Of a stretch of DNA of 64,000 bases, positions 48,712 to 62,932 are shown in pieces (position 1 is the stretch's first letter; the number at the start of each line of letters is the position of its first letter). The notes beneath the pieces are model-generated. The model made no database searches. It worked only from the letters and a program-made list of their open reading frames with translations, and was not told where the DNA came from. Made by a program: the position numbers and the translations under genes. This DNA is from the human T2T-CHM13v2.0 reference genome, Homo sapiens: the NCBI RefSeq assembly GCF_009914755.1, contig NC_060925.1. One strand, 5' to 3'.

Positions 48712-49914
48712 CTAGACCTCTACTTCTAGGCTTCTTGACAGATTATTTATCCTGAGCACAGGCCTGAATTTCCACCCTTCTCTAGCATCTTAAATGCAAC
48801 ACGTGTAATACCAAATTAATCCTTCCACCTCTTTCTCCCCTTCAATGACTCTCACAGTAGTGATAGACTCCTTTCCCCCAGACACACATCTATTTATTCC
48901 CCTACTAAAAAAGCTTTCTAAGTTTACAGCATAACACAAAATATACTTTTTCCATGAATCCTTCCGTTTCCCCTATGCTCAATTCTCTATTAATACTGCC
49001 ACTGCAGTACTCATCACAGAATTTCTTACGTTTTACTTAGTTAAGTATGAGACTCTCCCTTCTAGACTGTGAAATTCTTGAATGTAGGGGCTTATATTAT
49101 TTCCCTTTATATACTATATTGCAACTAGCTCAGGGACTTACACATGAAATGCGAGCTCAATACTAGGTTGTATTGCAAGTGATTAAACAATACCTACATC
49201 CAAGCAAACTAAAGAAAAATGAGAATCTTTACAAGATTATTTTAATATTGGGTTGTTTTCTAATGGAAACTATTCATATCAAGCATTTACTCATTCAATA
49301 ATATACTTAGTACCTATTACACAAGATGCCCACCCTCATGGAGCTTATATTTGTGAGAAATTTAAAAAACAAGTACACAGATTAATAAGATAATTACAAG
49401 ACATAAATAGGATGCTATGATAGAATAAATAATAAGTAAGATTAGAGGGAAGTTATTTTGATAAGATCATCAGGGAAGGTCTTTTTGAAAAGGTGTCATC
49501 TAAGCTGAGAGCTGAAGTAAATGTCTAAAATTTGATAGTACACTGAAGAAGAGATTTCCAATGAACCACGTATTCCTTGTAATTTTTACAAAAGAGATTT
49601 ACTAAGTGTTCAGATATGGGGATTTATTGGTAGATTTAAAAGACATATTGATATGAACCAACATATGGAGGGGGACTTAAAGCTGGATGATGCAAAAATA
49701 TGACCATGTAACCAAAAACCCCTGTATCCCTAAAGCTATCAAAATAAAAAAAGTTTAAAAATATATGAGTATTAAGTAACAAACTATATTAGTTCATTAT
49801 TCTAAAATATAAAAGAGAGATTTAGGTCTACTTTAATGTATATACTCAAAATTTTAAATTACATATATATTTATTTTTCTGAATTAAAATAACATATCTA
49901 GTATTTGCCCTTAC

Positions 49915-50092
49915 TTTAATAACACCTTGTTGTATAGCTGGTGATGGGTGGTTAACGAGGACCAAAAGTGTATCTGCTTGAATAAGCTTGTCCATCACAT
50001 CTTCAAGCAAAACATCAGGCAGGATAAGAAGAACCCCACTTAGGAGTTCATATAATCCACAGCATATAGGTACCAAACAGTCTTCAGTTACA
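49915..50092 (-). CDS. LYST: LYST coding exon (~24)
   Basis: 178 nt; [39 protein letters not shown]...IQQGVIK. Confidence 0.97.
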
Positions 50093-50311
50093 CTAAAACA
50101 GAGACCAAAAAAGTCTTACTAACATGACAAGAAAAGTACTTGATGATTACCTTAGGAACTGTGACAAGTAGTAGCATTTTTTAACAGGTGAAACAAATGT
50201 TCATAATGCTTAAGAAATGTTTCCTAATTTAACTGTGATTAACAAATTTACCATCACTTTTTATCATTGATTTTTTTGGGCATATAGTCTACTAACACTA
50301 TTCAATTGTAC

Positions 50312-50494
50312 ATCTCTGATGTCTAATACAGTAGTCACTGTCACTTATGCTATTTATTTAAACTAAAAATTCAGTTCCTCAGTTGCATCAGCCACATTTC
50401 AAGTGCTCAGTAGGCATATGTGGCTAGTGCTGACTGTATTAGACAGCATGAATAAAACATGTCCATCATTGCAGAAAGTTTCACTGGACATTGC
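50312..50494. mobile_element. MER3-like DNA transposon
   Basis: AAAATTCAGTTCCTCAGTTGCATCAGCCACATTTCAAGTGCTCAGTAG...CCATCATTGCAGAAAGTT. Confidence 0.75.
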
Positions 50495-50517
50495 TACTTG
50501 AGATGCTATTGGAAATG

Positions 50518-51300
50518 TTTTTTTTTTTTTTTTCACCAAGGAAGAAACAGCTTTATTAGGAGTCTAGGCATGTCAGAAAAACCCAGTTCACTCACAGAGA
50601 AGAGAGGCAAATATTGGTACAGGGGAAGAATCTAGCATTACAGAATATCCTCTCAAGAACCAAGTGTGAAAATAAAACCTCCATCTAAATATCCTAACAA
50701 ATGCTGCTGGGTTTAGCCCAGGTGAAACTTCTGGAAGCTCCTGGTGAAAGGAGATTTTTTTCATAAAAGGAATGCTCTCTAGCACTGCTGCATTTCAGCT
50801 CCATATAAAGTTATGGGTCTGCGATAGCAGAAGTAGAGGAAAATATAAGGGGGATATCTCATCACCAAAGCAAGGTCATCTGTGTCCAGGTGACAGAGGA
50901 ACCTTAAGTTTCTGGAGAGAGAACAAACTGGGGTAGCAGAAGGAAAATGGCTGAAGAAATACAACGCCTAGGCAATGTCTGTCATAACATGGAGGACTCT
51001 GTGCAGTCTGGTGACAGCCTGTCCTGGGAAACACTGGTATTGCTTTCTGAGGCCATTTTAGCTTTCTTCTGACTTCATCCAGAGAAGAACTGCCAATGTT
51101 CAGCACTAAGACCTGCATTATAATTACCTGAGTGGAATGGAGCAGCCACCCTATGACACCTGTTCCTCTTCCCTTCTGGAGCCGTCACTTGTCTCTGATC
51201 AAGTAAGATGTTACTCAGGACAGGCCCAGTCTAGAAATCACTCCCACCTTCACATGAGCACCAAGTGGACAGAATCATTCTCATGAGTCAAAGCTCTAGA
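50518..51300 (-). pseudogene. Unidentified processed retrocopy (3'UTR-like)
   Basis: Minus-strand AATAAA (50552-50557) 18 nt before A16 (50518-50533); ~0.8 kb of non-repeat sequence that is GC-richer than its flanks; 5' limit uncertain. Confidence 0.55.
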
Positions 51301-51605
51301 TAAATCCTATCGTTTCTCTGTCCTGAAGAATTTTCCTTAATAACTATAAGGAATTAAACCACAATATATATTTTTTAAGTGCTACTTATGGTTTAGATTT
51401 TGGTTAAATATGGAATTCAATATTATCTAGTCTTAAAATAAGGAAAAATATATCTTTCTGTTTGTTATTATTATGTATATAAAGAAATAAACTTTTCTGT
51501 TTGTTGTATTATAAGTGGCATAATGAAGACGTTTCCAGAGGGGTAGAGAGTCTTTAAAGAATAGTAAAATAAAGGTGGGAGGAGTGTACAAAAACACATA
51601 AGTAC

Positions 51606-52233
51606 CTGTGAGCACTTGCAGTTCGGTTGTAATTTGGCTCATAACCAAGAGAATAGGCAAAGTTTTCCCAATCATCAGTGTTTCTATCAACAAGACTTGG
51701 CCAACGGCCAACAGCTGCAGATCCGTTCTGTGAAGGAAAAGCTAGCCCAAGGCTTGCAATAGTGCTGTGGCTTCGCTGGAAGGAGGCCAATCCCTTTAGG
51801 TAATCAGGTCGGCGTGGGCAGGACTCATCCCCAGGACTGTCATCTTCTGACCTGGGTTCTGCTCCCAACTGTTTATGATCTGCTTTGACCACTGGAAATC
51901 CCAGCACTCCCTTTGGGACATCACTGACAGAGACCTGGGCTGAGAGGACAGCTTCCATTTCACAAACAGTTTTTGCAGACTCACAGCTACTGATGAATGC
52001 GTCCTCTTTGCCTTTTTTCAGTGTGTCGGAACTCCCCAAAGAATTTTGTTTCTTTGATTGGGTGGCAACATAAGTATCTGCAATATTTTGTAACCTGTCG
52101 ATACTACAACCCAAACTTCCAGTCAGTTTTTGTGATTGCGTTAGTAGTGAAGAAGTAGGGAATGCTGGTAGGCTTCTAGAACGCAGCATATGGGCGGCCA
52201 TCTGTTGTGGAATAATATTAGAGGAATTCTCTC
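51606..52233 (-). CDS. LYST: LYST coding exon (~23), large Ser-rich exon
   Basis: 628 nt; [29 protein letters not shown]...[16 protein letters not shown]...YNRTASAH. Confidence 0.98.
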
Positions 52234-52391
52234 CTGGTAAGAGTAGATACAAAAATACTACTTAAAAATCTATTAAGTGGAACCACCTCTCTTTTGCATT
52301 ATAAATCACAACCACAGCAAAAGCCCATTTATCTAGCACTGTTAAAATCCATATAGGTTAATTTTACAAGTAACTAATGCTTAAAATTCCT

Positions 52392-52548
52392 TTACTTTTT
52401 CTTAAGAGACAGGGTCTTGCTCTCTTACCTACTGAAGTGCAGTGACACAATCACAGCTTACTGCAGCCTCTAACTCCTGGACTCAAGACAGCCTCCCACC
52501 TCAGACTCCAAGCAGCTGGGACTATAGGCATGCACCCCACACCTGGCT
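52392..52548 (-). mobile_element. Alu monomer / truncated AluJ
   Basis: TSD TAATGCTTAAAATTC at 52375-52389 and 52549-52563. Confidence 0.88.
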
Positions 52549-53164
52549 TAATGCTTAAAATTCTTAAATGCCAAAACTATTTTTATTTTAACCACTTTTT
52601 ATTAATATCTTCCCAAAACATATGTTTTTTCCTGTCTTCTTAACAAAATACAGTATTGACTGAATGATTCAAAGTCATTAGGATTAATGGTTCTACTGTG
52701 CTGAATTTAAGTGAATTAAGTGAAACTCAATTTACCTCAGGCTAGCAGTTACCAGGATGTAGTGGAAAGAGTGTGGGCTTTGCAACTAGATATAATTGGA
52801 TTCAAATGATAGTGAAGTGGTCCAAGGTAAATCACTTAATTGTACTACAGTTTCTACAAATGTAAAATGAGGGTTCAGAATATCTACTTTGCAGGGTGGC
52901 TTTAAAGATTGAGATTATATTTGTGATGCACCTAGCATAGAGCTCAACATATAACAGGTGCTCAAAAAATGGTAGTACTTGTTGTTACTAGCCTAAACAG
53001 CCCTAGACAGTTCTCTCTCTCCTCCATTTTTGCAGTCACTTCTTGCTGTTATTAGTGAGAATAGTTTCTTTTCTTGTCACAGCTCTCTAATTTACTGCTT
53101 CTAATATTCTATGCAGGAAGACACCAGAAAAATTATTTTCATTGTAGTGCATGGGATACAAGTG

Positions 53165-53352
53165 CATGCCATTCAAGGTGTGGTCTGTGGACTGGTAGCA
53201 TGGGCATCAATACCACCTGTGGGATTGTTGGGAATTCACATTCTCAGGCTCCACCCTAGATCTACTGATACAGAATGTATGAGAGAGGGGCCCAGGAATC
53301 AGTGTCAACAGCTCTCCAGGTGATTCTTTTGCAGGTTAAAATTTGAGACCAT
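53165..53352. mobile_element. MER5-like DNA transposon
   Basis: TCAAGGTGTGGTCTGTGGACTGGTAGCAT...CTCCAGGTGATTCT...TTTGAGACCA. Confidence 0.65.
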
Positions 53353-53605
53353 GAACACAGAGTAAACAGGCATTAAATGAACTGCTTTAGAGCATAGACT
53401 CTGTGGCAATAAAATAGCTCCATAGCTCAGAATCTTTTTCTAGTTATTTCTGGATTTGGGCTAGAGGGCTAAAGTTGCCAAAAGATTCTCTTCAAAAGAT
53501 CTGGAAAAAATGGGGGTATGATTGTATTTGAAAATGTTTCAACATGACAGATGATTTAAAAAACAAATATGTCCTGTAAAATTCCAAATAAAACTAATTC
53601 AAAAA

Positions 53606-53736
53606 GGCCAGGTGCAGTGGCTTGAGCCTGTAATCTCAGCACTTTGGGAGGCAGAGGTGGGTGGCTCACTTGAGCCCAAGAGTTCAAGACCAGCCTGGGC
53701 AAAAAGGCAAAACCCTATCTCATTTATTTAAAAAAA
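53606..53736 (+). mobile_element. FLAM_C-like Alu monomer
   Basis: Single left arm, CACTTGAGCCCAAGAGTTCAAGACC. Confidence 0.88.
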
Positions 53737-54556
53737 ATTTTTTTTAAAAAGAAAAGGAAAACTAATAAAAACATAGCCTTAAAATATTATTATAAAAGAG
53801 CATAAAAAGTGCTAGAGAATAACTGAAACACTTTGGCAGGAAAACAAAACTAGAGACTAATACCTATATATCTAGTTCTATCTATCTCTATTACCATCTC
53901 ACCTGCAGTATTTAATAATTAGGATTGAAGCTAAAGACAAGACTAGGTTGGACTGACAATAAGAGCAATGTCCCAGTATGGAAAAGGACAGTAGTCAGGA
54001 AAGGAAAAGATGTATGGTCAGTTTGCAACTAGAAAACCTGCACCTATTCTTTTCTTCTATAAAGTAGCGATGAGACTCTGTTAAGAGTCAATTAGGAAGA
54101 TAGAAAAGTACTGTAGGCTTAAAGACTTGAATATACTTACTATGGAAATAGAAGAGGGTATTGATTCTGAACATACCTAAAAATTACAGGGCAGCCTTTA
54201 AAGCTCTGCTACAACTTTCAGCAGTATGACAATGGTTAGACTGAGGCGAGGTTAGCATTTTTCAGTTCAAGAATACCAATAGGCTAAGGGGACAAGGAAA
54301 CTGAGATACTTTCCAACTGAGTAACTGCTGAAGTTATTGGCTAATGTGACCTAGGCTGGATAGGGAAAGCGAGACAAGGGGAACTTTGGAGTGTGATTAA
54401 AAAAAAAACAAAAAAAAAACAGAAAGATGGGAGGCTGTCAATTAGAGAGGATGAATGCATCCCCTTTGCCTTTTTTCAGCATGTCAGAACTCCCCCAAAG
54501 GATTCTGTTTCTCTGGTTGGCTGGAGGGCTAATGATACAGAAAGATTCTGTTCAAA

Positions 54557-54767
54557 TGAGAACACGTGGACACAGGAAGGGGAACATCACACACCGGGGC
54601 CTGTTGTCGGGTGGGGGGAGGGGGGAGGGATAGCATTAGGAGATATGCCTAATGCTAAATGACGAGTTAATGGGTGCAGCACACCAACATGGCATATGTA
54701 TACATATGTAACAAACCGGCACATTGTGCACATGTATCCTAAAACTTAAAGTGTAATTATAAAAAAA
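54557..54767 (+). mobile_element. 5'-truncated L1PA (L1PA3-like) 3' end
   Basis: G-rich L1 3'UTR with GCTAAATGACGAGTTAATGG; poly-A; perfect TSD AAAGATTCTGTTCAAA at 54541-54556 and 54768-54783. Confidence 0.95.
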
Positions 54768-55353
54768 AAAGATTCTGTTCAAAAGACTTGGAAAAGAAAT
54801 GGAGCCATGATTGTACAGTATTTGAAAATGTTTCAGAGTGATGGATGTGATTGAAAAACAGATCATATGGATAGAACAAAGCGGGATATTGTAGTTTCAC
54901 AGGTGCTTGAAAGCATTCTTGATGATGATAAAGTCCAAGACAGATGCATGCAGAGCGGTAAGACAAAGTAGAGAAAAGGTACCCTGAGTCAAAAAATGTG
55001 AAGCTGGAGTATTGGGTGGCCATTTATCTGGCAAGTGAAGTTGTCCAGAATGATGGTTTTAGGTAGACAGAAGAGAATAAAAGTTTTTAAAAAGCTTCTG
55101 AAGAAAATGGTAAAATAAATCAGAAGCTTGATGAAAGACAAATGACTATGATAAGAGAAGTCAGAGAATGCCAGAACAAGATAGCATGAGCCTCATCCAT
55201 TTTCTCAATGCTCTTGAGGACCTGTGCTGGGTGTCTCTTGTTAGATTGAATGAGGTTGTACTACATATACTTCTAAAATATGTACAATTTAATTATCTAA
55301 GAATATTCAGAACTAAAATGAGAAGGTCATACTTCCATTATTGCTATTTTTAC

Positions 55354-55485
55354 CTTCATATGGTGAAGCAGTAAAACCAGATGGGCTTATTACCATAAAT
55401 CCAGGGCTCATAAGGGACCTTCCTCCACTGCTGGAATGCCTCAGGTACATGATTGACCGCACTTTCTCCTGAAAGATCTTGCCAT
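55354..55485 (-). CDS. LYST: LYST coding exon (~22)
   Basis: 132 nt, phase 1-1; [44 protein letters not shown]. Confidence 0.96.
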
Positions 55486-56039
55486 CTAGAATCCAAATTT
55501 TTTTTGAAACAGCAAAATTTTTAAAAAGGATAAAACGAAAATATAACTTTAAAAGCAGATCATTAAATTCAAATTTTGACAAAAAGATGTTTAAAGAGAA
55601 AAATATATAGCATACTTTATATTAAGGCACACGATATGTGAATACTTACTCTTCACAATTTTTTAGTACAGATTTTGCTGTTGTTTATTATTTCTGGCCA
55701 CATTAACTTCTATTTTCTTAATTCCAACTGTACTTATAGTTATTTCTATGGTTTAACATTTAACTATTCACTTTTATATGTTATTATCATCTCTCAAGGG
55801 AGATTGTTCATCCTTGAGGAAAGGACTGTGTCTTTTATTTTTATATATCCCCTTCAGTGTCTAATATTTGTAAAAACTAATCATTTCTGAGCTTCATACT
55901 TATAAATTCAACTGCTTGGTTTCTTAAACAAATCACAAATGCAACAAATCTAAATCCGAATCATCTTTTTGCCCTAAATTTACTCCTTCTGTTTTGTTCT
56001 TTGGGAAGTTCCCATGTGGTAACCTGGAGCTACCCTTGA

Positions 56040-56391
<352 letters not shown>

Positions 56392-57039
56392 TGACTTCAT
56401 TTTTTGTTTCTTGACCTCTTCTCTTCCCTACCATAGTGCTATAATGCAGGCTTTATCATCTCTCAACTGGATTACTATCACAGATTTCTAAATGGTATCC
56501 TTGATGAGCATCTCATTACTCTCAAATCCTCACAGCTACCAGAATTCGCTCTCTCTCGAATGTCAACTCCTGCTTAAAACCTTCCAGTGGCTTTCTATGC
56601 CTCCTTACCACCTTGGATAAAACCCAAGCTTCTTGTCCACAAGAATTACCACTATTTGTCCCTAGGTCCCTCCCAAGCCTTGTTTCATAAATTACATTTC
56701 AGCAACACCACTTTCTCCTAGTTCCCTGTCAAGCTGTTTCCTTTACCTGGAAGGCCCTTTTCTCTTTGATTCTTACTCATCCTTTAAGATTCAGGGCAGG
56801 CATCACTTCCTCTGGGAAATCCCCCTCAGTCTTCATATGCTCTATGCTACCAGAAAACAAAAATGTTGACTGCCTTATCACTGTGCTTTCCACGTGGCAT
56901 GATATAATCGTTTCTTTATCCTCTTTCCCTCAACTAGGCTGTAAACGTCTTAAGAGAGGGGACCATATTTTACCCATCTTTGTAACTAACCCACTCTCAG
57001 AATCTTTATCCACAGTCCTTTTTCCATGAAATGTGCTAA

Positions 57040-57436
<397 letters not shown>

Positions 57437-58712
57437 CCATTTACTACATCTCTTAAAATGGCTATTGTACAACCAGTTTTCCAATGTAAATTTATGACTC
57501 AGCTTTCTTGTAGGTACATTCTTGCTTTCTTTCTTACATTACATTTCCCTGGTTCTTAAAAAAAACTGATTATTCCATCTTTCTCTTTTACTGATTCTTC
57601 ATTCTTGTCCTACCCTCCAACTAGTAATACTACCAGCAGTTCTTTCCTTAGCTTTCTCTTTCCTTCTCTTGCTCTACTTTTCTTCAGTGGTCTCATCTGT
57701 TCTCAGAGCTTCACCTCACTTCTATGTGGACAGCTCCTTATAACCTACCCTTCCTTCTTCATGCTGTAACCCTCATTCCCAATTGCCTACTAGAAAATTA
57801 TATTATAAATAACTGCAGGGCACCTCAAATACAACATATATTATACAACCAAAGCCATTATCCTTTTTCCTTAACACCTCCAGAGTCATTCCATCCTAAA
57901 CTTCCCACTTCTCAATTTATCCCTCCTTTCCAGTTCCACTGTTACTATGCCCAGATTCTGTTATCCTGTCTCTCACGGACTACTATAATTGGCCTTACTG
58001 CCCCTAGTTCCTTATTCCTGAATTCTACTGCAATAATTTACTTATAGCCTTTGCTCAAAACAAACAAATAAAACCCTTTCAATGACCTATAACTAGAATA
58101 CAAGTTCGAATTCTCTGGCCTTACATTCAAGGACCCATTTGATATGACTTTAGGGTAAAAATAAGTAAATGGTGGTCTTAAACTGTATTTATGGCATTAT
58201 TTCTCACTATTCCTTTACAGATCCCCTATATATAGGTAAAACTCATTAGTCCTTATTTTCTATTTCCTTTTATCCTCCCTTTAAAGTCATTGTCTTTACC
58301 TGGAACACTAACTCTCCAATCTACCTATCAAATTCTACTCAAAATCTTCAATGTCTACATCAGATGTCATGTAACCTATTAAATATTCTCTCCACAGTGG
58401 TCGGATGAAACCCTCTGTCCACTGAAATCTCATTAGTTCTTCTTTTGTGTCTCTTTGATACTTACCAAATACACATTTTTTTTTTTTACTGTAGTTATTT
58501 GAGTCTATGTCTCCTTTCTCCACTTGGCATTTAGACTCCTTGAGGACAGAGGCCATGTCTAGTTCATTCTGTAACTCTCTGCCCTATCCCAACCCCAATA
58601 TGTAATTAGAGCAGCACAGAGGCCATTCAAATGTCAAACAAATGTGAATCAAGTGGGAAGAATAAAACAAAAGTGGAAATAGCCATGATCTAACAAAAAT
58701 GATTATACCTAC

Positions 58713-58911
58713 CTATGTGCAAAGAAAAGTAGAAGTTCGTGGGATTGTGACAAACGTAAGTATTAGTAGGAGGGTGAACTGCTAAAAGGAAATTGAAGAT
58801 AATTGTCAATAATTCCAAATCTGGAGGAGATCCAAGGACTTCTGCTATAATTTTCACAAATGATCTACAAACCTCTCGGGGCATGGGTGTGAGTTGCCCC
58901 TCTTTGTATTC
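58713..58911 (-). CDS. LYST: LYST coding exon (~21)
   Basis: 199 nt; [66 protein letters not shown]. Confidence 0.97.
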
Positions 58912-59179
58912 CTGAAAAAATAAAAAAAACTCTCTTTAGATTTAAAGAATTGTCAACTTAACTAAGATTTTTCATTTAGGCAAAATATTCTTTTTAAGAT
59001 AGAATTCTGTTGGTTTACTACTCTAGTCTGATCATACTTACCATTACCATAACAACTCATTAAATTGAGTTATTTCCTAATTCAAGCAATCTTGTTATTA
59101 AAAATTCATTAACACAGATGGCAACTTAATTCTAGCCCATGTATCTTAATTAACTGAGGCAAACTTATATAACTCTCAC

Positions 59180-59400
59180 AAGCGTGGTCTCAAAAGCCAG
59201 ACTTCCTAGGTTTGCATTCTGGTTTCTCCACTCACTAGCCATGTGATCTTAGGTAAGTTACTTAACATCTGCATGCTTCACTTTCTTTGTCTATGTGAGT
59301 AATACTAGTGCTACTTTATAGGGTTGTTATAAGGACTAAATAACATAAACTCTTAGAATAGTGCCTTGCATATAGGTAAGCCCCATATAAATGTTAGTGA
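59180..59400 (+). mobile_element. MIR SINE
   Basis: Core TGTGATCTTAGGTAAGTTACTTAACATCT; similar MIRs near 13930, 20870, 22860-23110, 46300, 52760. Confidence 0.75.
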
Positions 59401-62400
59401 TAAACTACAATCACTACTATTACTACTGCTACTATCTTTTCTTCTCCTTTTACTACTACTACTATTAGTAATATTAGTATAGGATTAGGACAGAAAACTT
59501 TTGATGGACAAAACTCGTTATACTAATACAATATGCTCCAGTTTACAAAGCTTTTTTTCACAACAGCTCTATGAGAGGTTTTAGCCCTCATTTCTAGAAT
59601 ATGAGGCACAAAGAGGTTATTTGACTAGTGTAAACCACACATAAAATATGTAGGTAGTACAATTATAACTCAAACTCAGGCCTCTGAACTCTTTCTACTG
59701 CACCATTTACTGTCTGGAATAATGAGGCTTGGCAAAATGCCAACTAATTACTAAAAATAAAGCTGTATATAAATAAATTGCTTATATCCTCCAATTCCAT
59801 CTCCCCAGTGGGTAGCAGCTGGCCTCCAGATTAAGGGTATGGGAGGTAAAATTCCTCATCTTCCCTCTTCATATGTCCAAATATATATCTCTACATCCAC
59901 TCTTCATTTACTCTTGGGTATTACTGAATTGGAGTACTTAAAATGTAGATGTTAATTTTGAAACAATTTAGTTCGACTACCTCAGATTTAAGAAGGGAAC
60001 ACTGAGTCTACAGAAGAAAACACAAAACTCCTTTGCCAAGTTCTCATAGCTGTCAAGTGGCAAAGACTAAGACAGGAACATAGATCTCCCGACTTCCAAT
60101 TCAGAACTATTTCTGCTACAACCATCTGCATTTCTTCTAAACCATACTCCATGTATCTTCTTAACTTTCTTGGTTGCTGCATCAGTGATTCATTCCCAAG
60201 TCCAGCCCAGGTTACTTCTATCTTGCCCTCTCCACTGACTCTTTATCAATAGTCACTGGTATTCTATTTTATTATTTTTTTAATCCCTTAACTTTACCTT
60301 ATATGAACATTCTGTTTCTGTCTTTGCTTTTGCTGCTGGACTTTTTAATAATCATTTGTTCTCACTGCCTTCAATGATCTGCCACACATGCTGTCCAAAG
60401 TCCCTGAAATCTGGCTCTTGCCTTATCCATGCTATTGAAATCTTGTAAGTCATTAAGAATTTCTGAGTCAATGGCCCTTTATCTGCCTACATTTTCTCTG
60501 AACTTTCTATATCATTTGGTTCAAGGTATCATCTTCTTCTCTACATGTTCTTCCCCCTCTGCCGACCTCTGGCTTTCACTTTACTGAGTCTCCTCTTAGC
60601 TTTTCAATTACTCTTTCTGTATCTCTTTCAATAGCCCCTTTTTCTGGTTTCACATCCTGAAAATGGGTATCTCCTGAGGTGTAAACCTCAGTCCTCTGAT
60701 TCTCTCACTACGTTTCTCTGTCTTGGAGTGCTTCTCTATCCTGATGGCTTCACTATTACCAGTTCACTGTTGCTGAATATCCTGCTGTAATTTCAAATGT
60801 AGATACAAAAACTACAAAACTTACAAGGTTGCTTTTTTTTCTTATGAAATTATTGTTTTTCTGGTCTCCCGGCTTGAAATTTTATGTTATATTTGACTCC
60901 TCCTGAAGCTCCATTTAAAAAGAATCAAGTCCTATGAATTCTATCCTTATAATCTCTCCCATATTTGCTCCCTACTAAACACTCCCATTTTAATCACCAG
61001 GGTTCAGGTTCTTTATGCTGTACTCACAAATGAATGAAACTGCCTTACATCCAATATACTACCAATTTATTAATCTTCCTAAAGTGCACAAACACTCTGA
61101 GGTAACTTAAAGGCAAAGACTAAGTTCATTTCTTTATAAACTTCCCACAATACCTGACATAAAGCTATGTTTAATAAATGGCTGTTAATTTGATAAGTGG
61201 GCTCTTTGAACAAACAAGGGTAAAGAACTATACATGTAAAGAAAAAAATTTGTACCTAGATTTTTTCTAGCATTTTTGTAAATAATACAAAAGTGAAAAA
61301 ATATATGGAAATCTCAAAGTTTATAAGTGCCACTTTTCTGACATGCAAAGACTGAATAAGAATATCACATTGTCATATGAACTTAATGAAAATTGGCCAA
61401 TATATTTCAAAATGGACATGCGAAGGAAAAAATTTTGAGGAAAACTGATGTATAAATGATGCATAAAACACTCAGTAAGCAAGGGGCCTGAAGGATCAAT
61501 CGACATATTCTATTCCCTACAACAATAGTCTAATTTACCACAGGGGCCAAGAAAGGCAATAAAATGTTTTTGTGTTTTTGGAATTCATTCATTTAACAAA
61601 TATTTATCAGATGCCCAGGTGTGTCAAGTACTGACATTACAGTGTGATTTAAAACAAAACAAAACAAAAACCATATCCCTGCTTTCAGGAGGCTTACAGA
61701 GGGAAATAAACCATAATTCCATAAATAACTAACAAACTGTATGTACATAGTGTATAAAGGGAAAAAGACTAATTTATATGGAAAGGGCAGGGAAGGTATC
61801 TCTCAGGAAATAAGTCTTAAGTTGCCACGTGGAGGATAAGTAGGAGTTGGCCAGATGAAAAGAATGGGATCAATAATTGTTAAAGCAAAAAGAATACCAT
61901 GTACTCTGAGACAGAAAAAAGTCTTACTTGTTTAAGGAAGGGAAAGAAATCCAGGGAGGCTGAGTACCATAAGATGAAGCTAGAATGGTAGCCAGATCAT
62001 ATAAGCCTTCTCATATTAACACTTCTTACAGATGTTGTCACAGATTTTGAATTTTAGCCCAACTATAATGAAAAGCCCTTAGTGCCACCGAAGCAAAGGC
62101 GCTCAAAATATAAAATATTACTGATCTCATGGAGTATCTGTACTTATCTAACTTGACAAAGTTCTAATCGATGCCTTAGACATTAAAAAAAACTTGGAAA
62201 ATTGTCTAATATACCAACCAAGCAGATATTTATCAATGCCTTTTATCTGTTTGGTTGGTATTAGATGATATCAATAAAGGCAGAGAAAAAAATTAACTAA
62301 AAGGGCCACAGCATAGACATTACAATGTAACTGATACAATTAGTGTCACTTTTTAATAAAAATTTTGGATACAGTTTAAAATGCTAATTCTAGCATATAA

Positions 62401-62794
62401 AATAGACCGTTAGCAAGTTTATATTTATTAAAGCAATACATATTTGTAAATATTTATTTAAGGAATATGGAACAAGTTAAAATTCATTAACTATTCTTGC
62501 TGTTCAAGGCAGTACAAAACTATTATTCTATCCCAACATAAAGAAACATCTAAGAAATTTAGTAATTGTACTTTTGTAATTGAGTTAGGAATTATGACAG
62601 CGTGATGATCAAGCTGTAAGATGCAGCAGTTGAAAAACTCCTGTACTATTTTTTGAAAGAAGAGAATCTGGAGAGAAGATGGAAAAAAAAAAAGAAAAAA
62701 AGTCCCATTGAAAGTGCCACAAAAATTTGATGTTCATAGTATTATTAAACAACTGTGGAATATATTTCCAAAAGTAAAGTTACATGAAAAGTAC

Positions 62795-62932
62795 CTGCAA
62801 AACCTGACAAGTCAGTAGAAAGTGATGAACCACTTGAGCTTTCAATAACTGCTTAATATTAAACATCTGCTGGTGGTGATCTGCTCTGATGAGGACTTCT
62901 AGAGCTGCTAGCAAAGTTTCCCAAACACCTTG
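62795..62932 (-). CDS. LYST: LYST coding exon (~20)
   Basis: 138 nt, phase 0-0; [46 protein letters not shown]. Confidence 0.97.
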
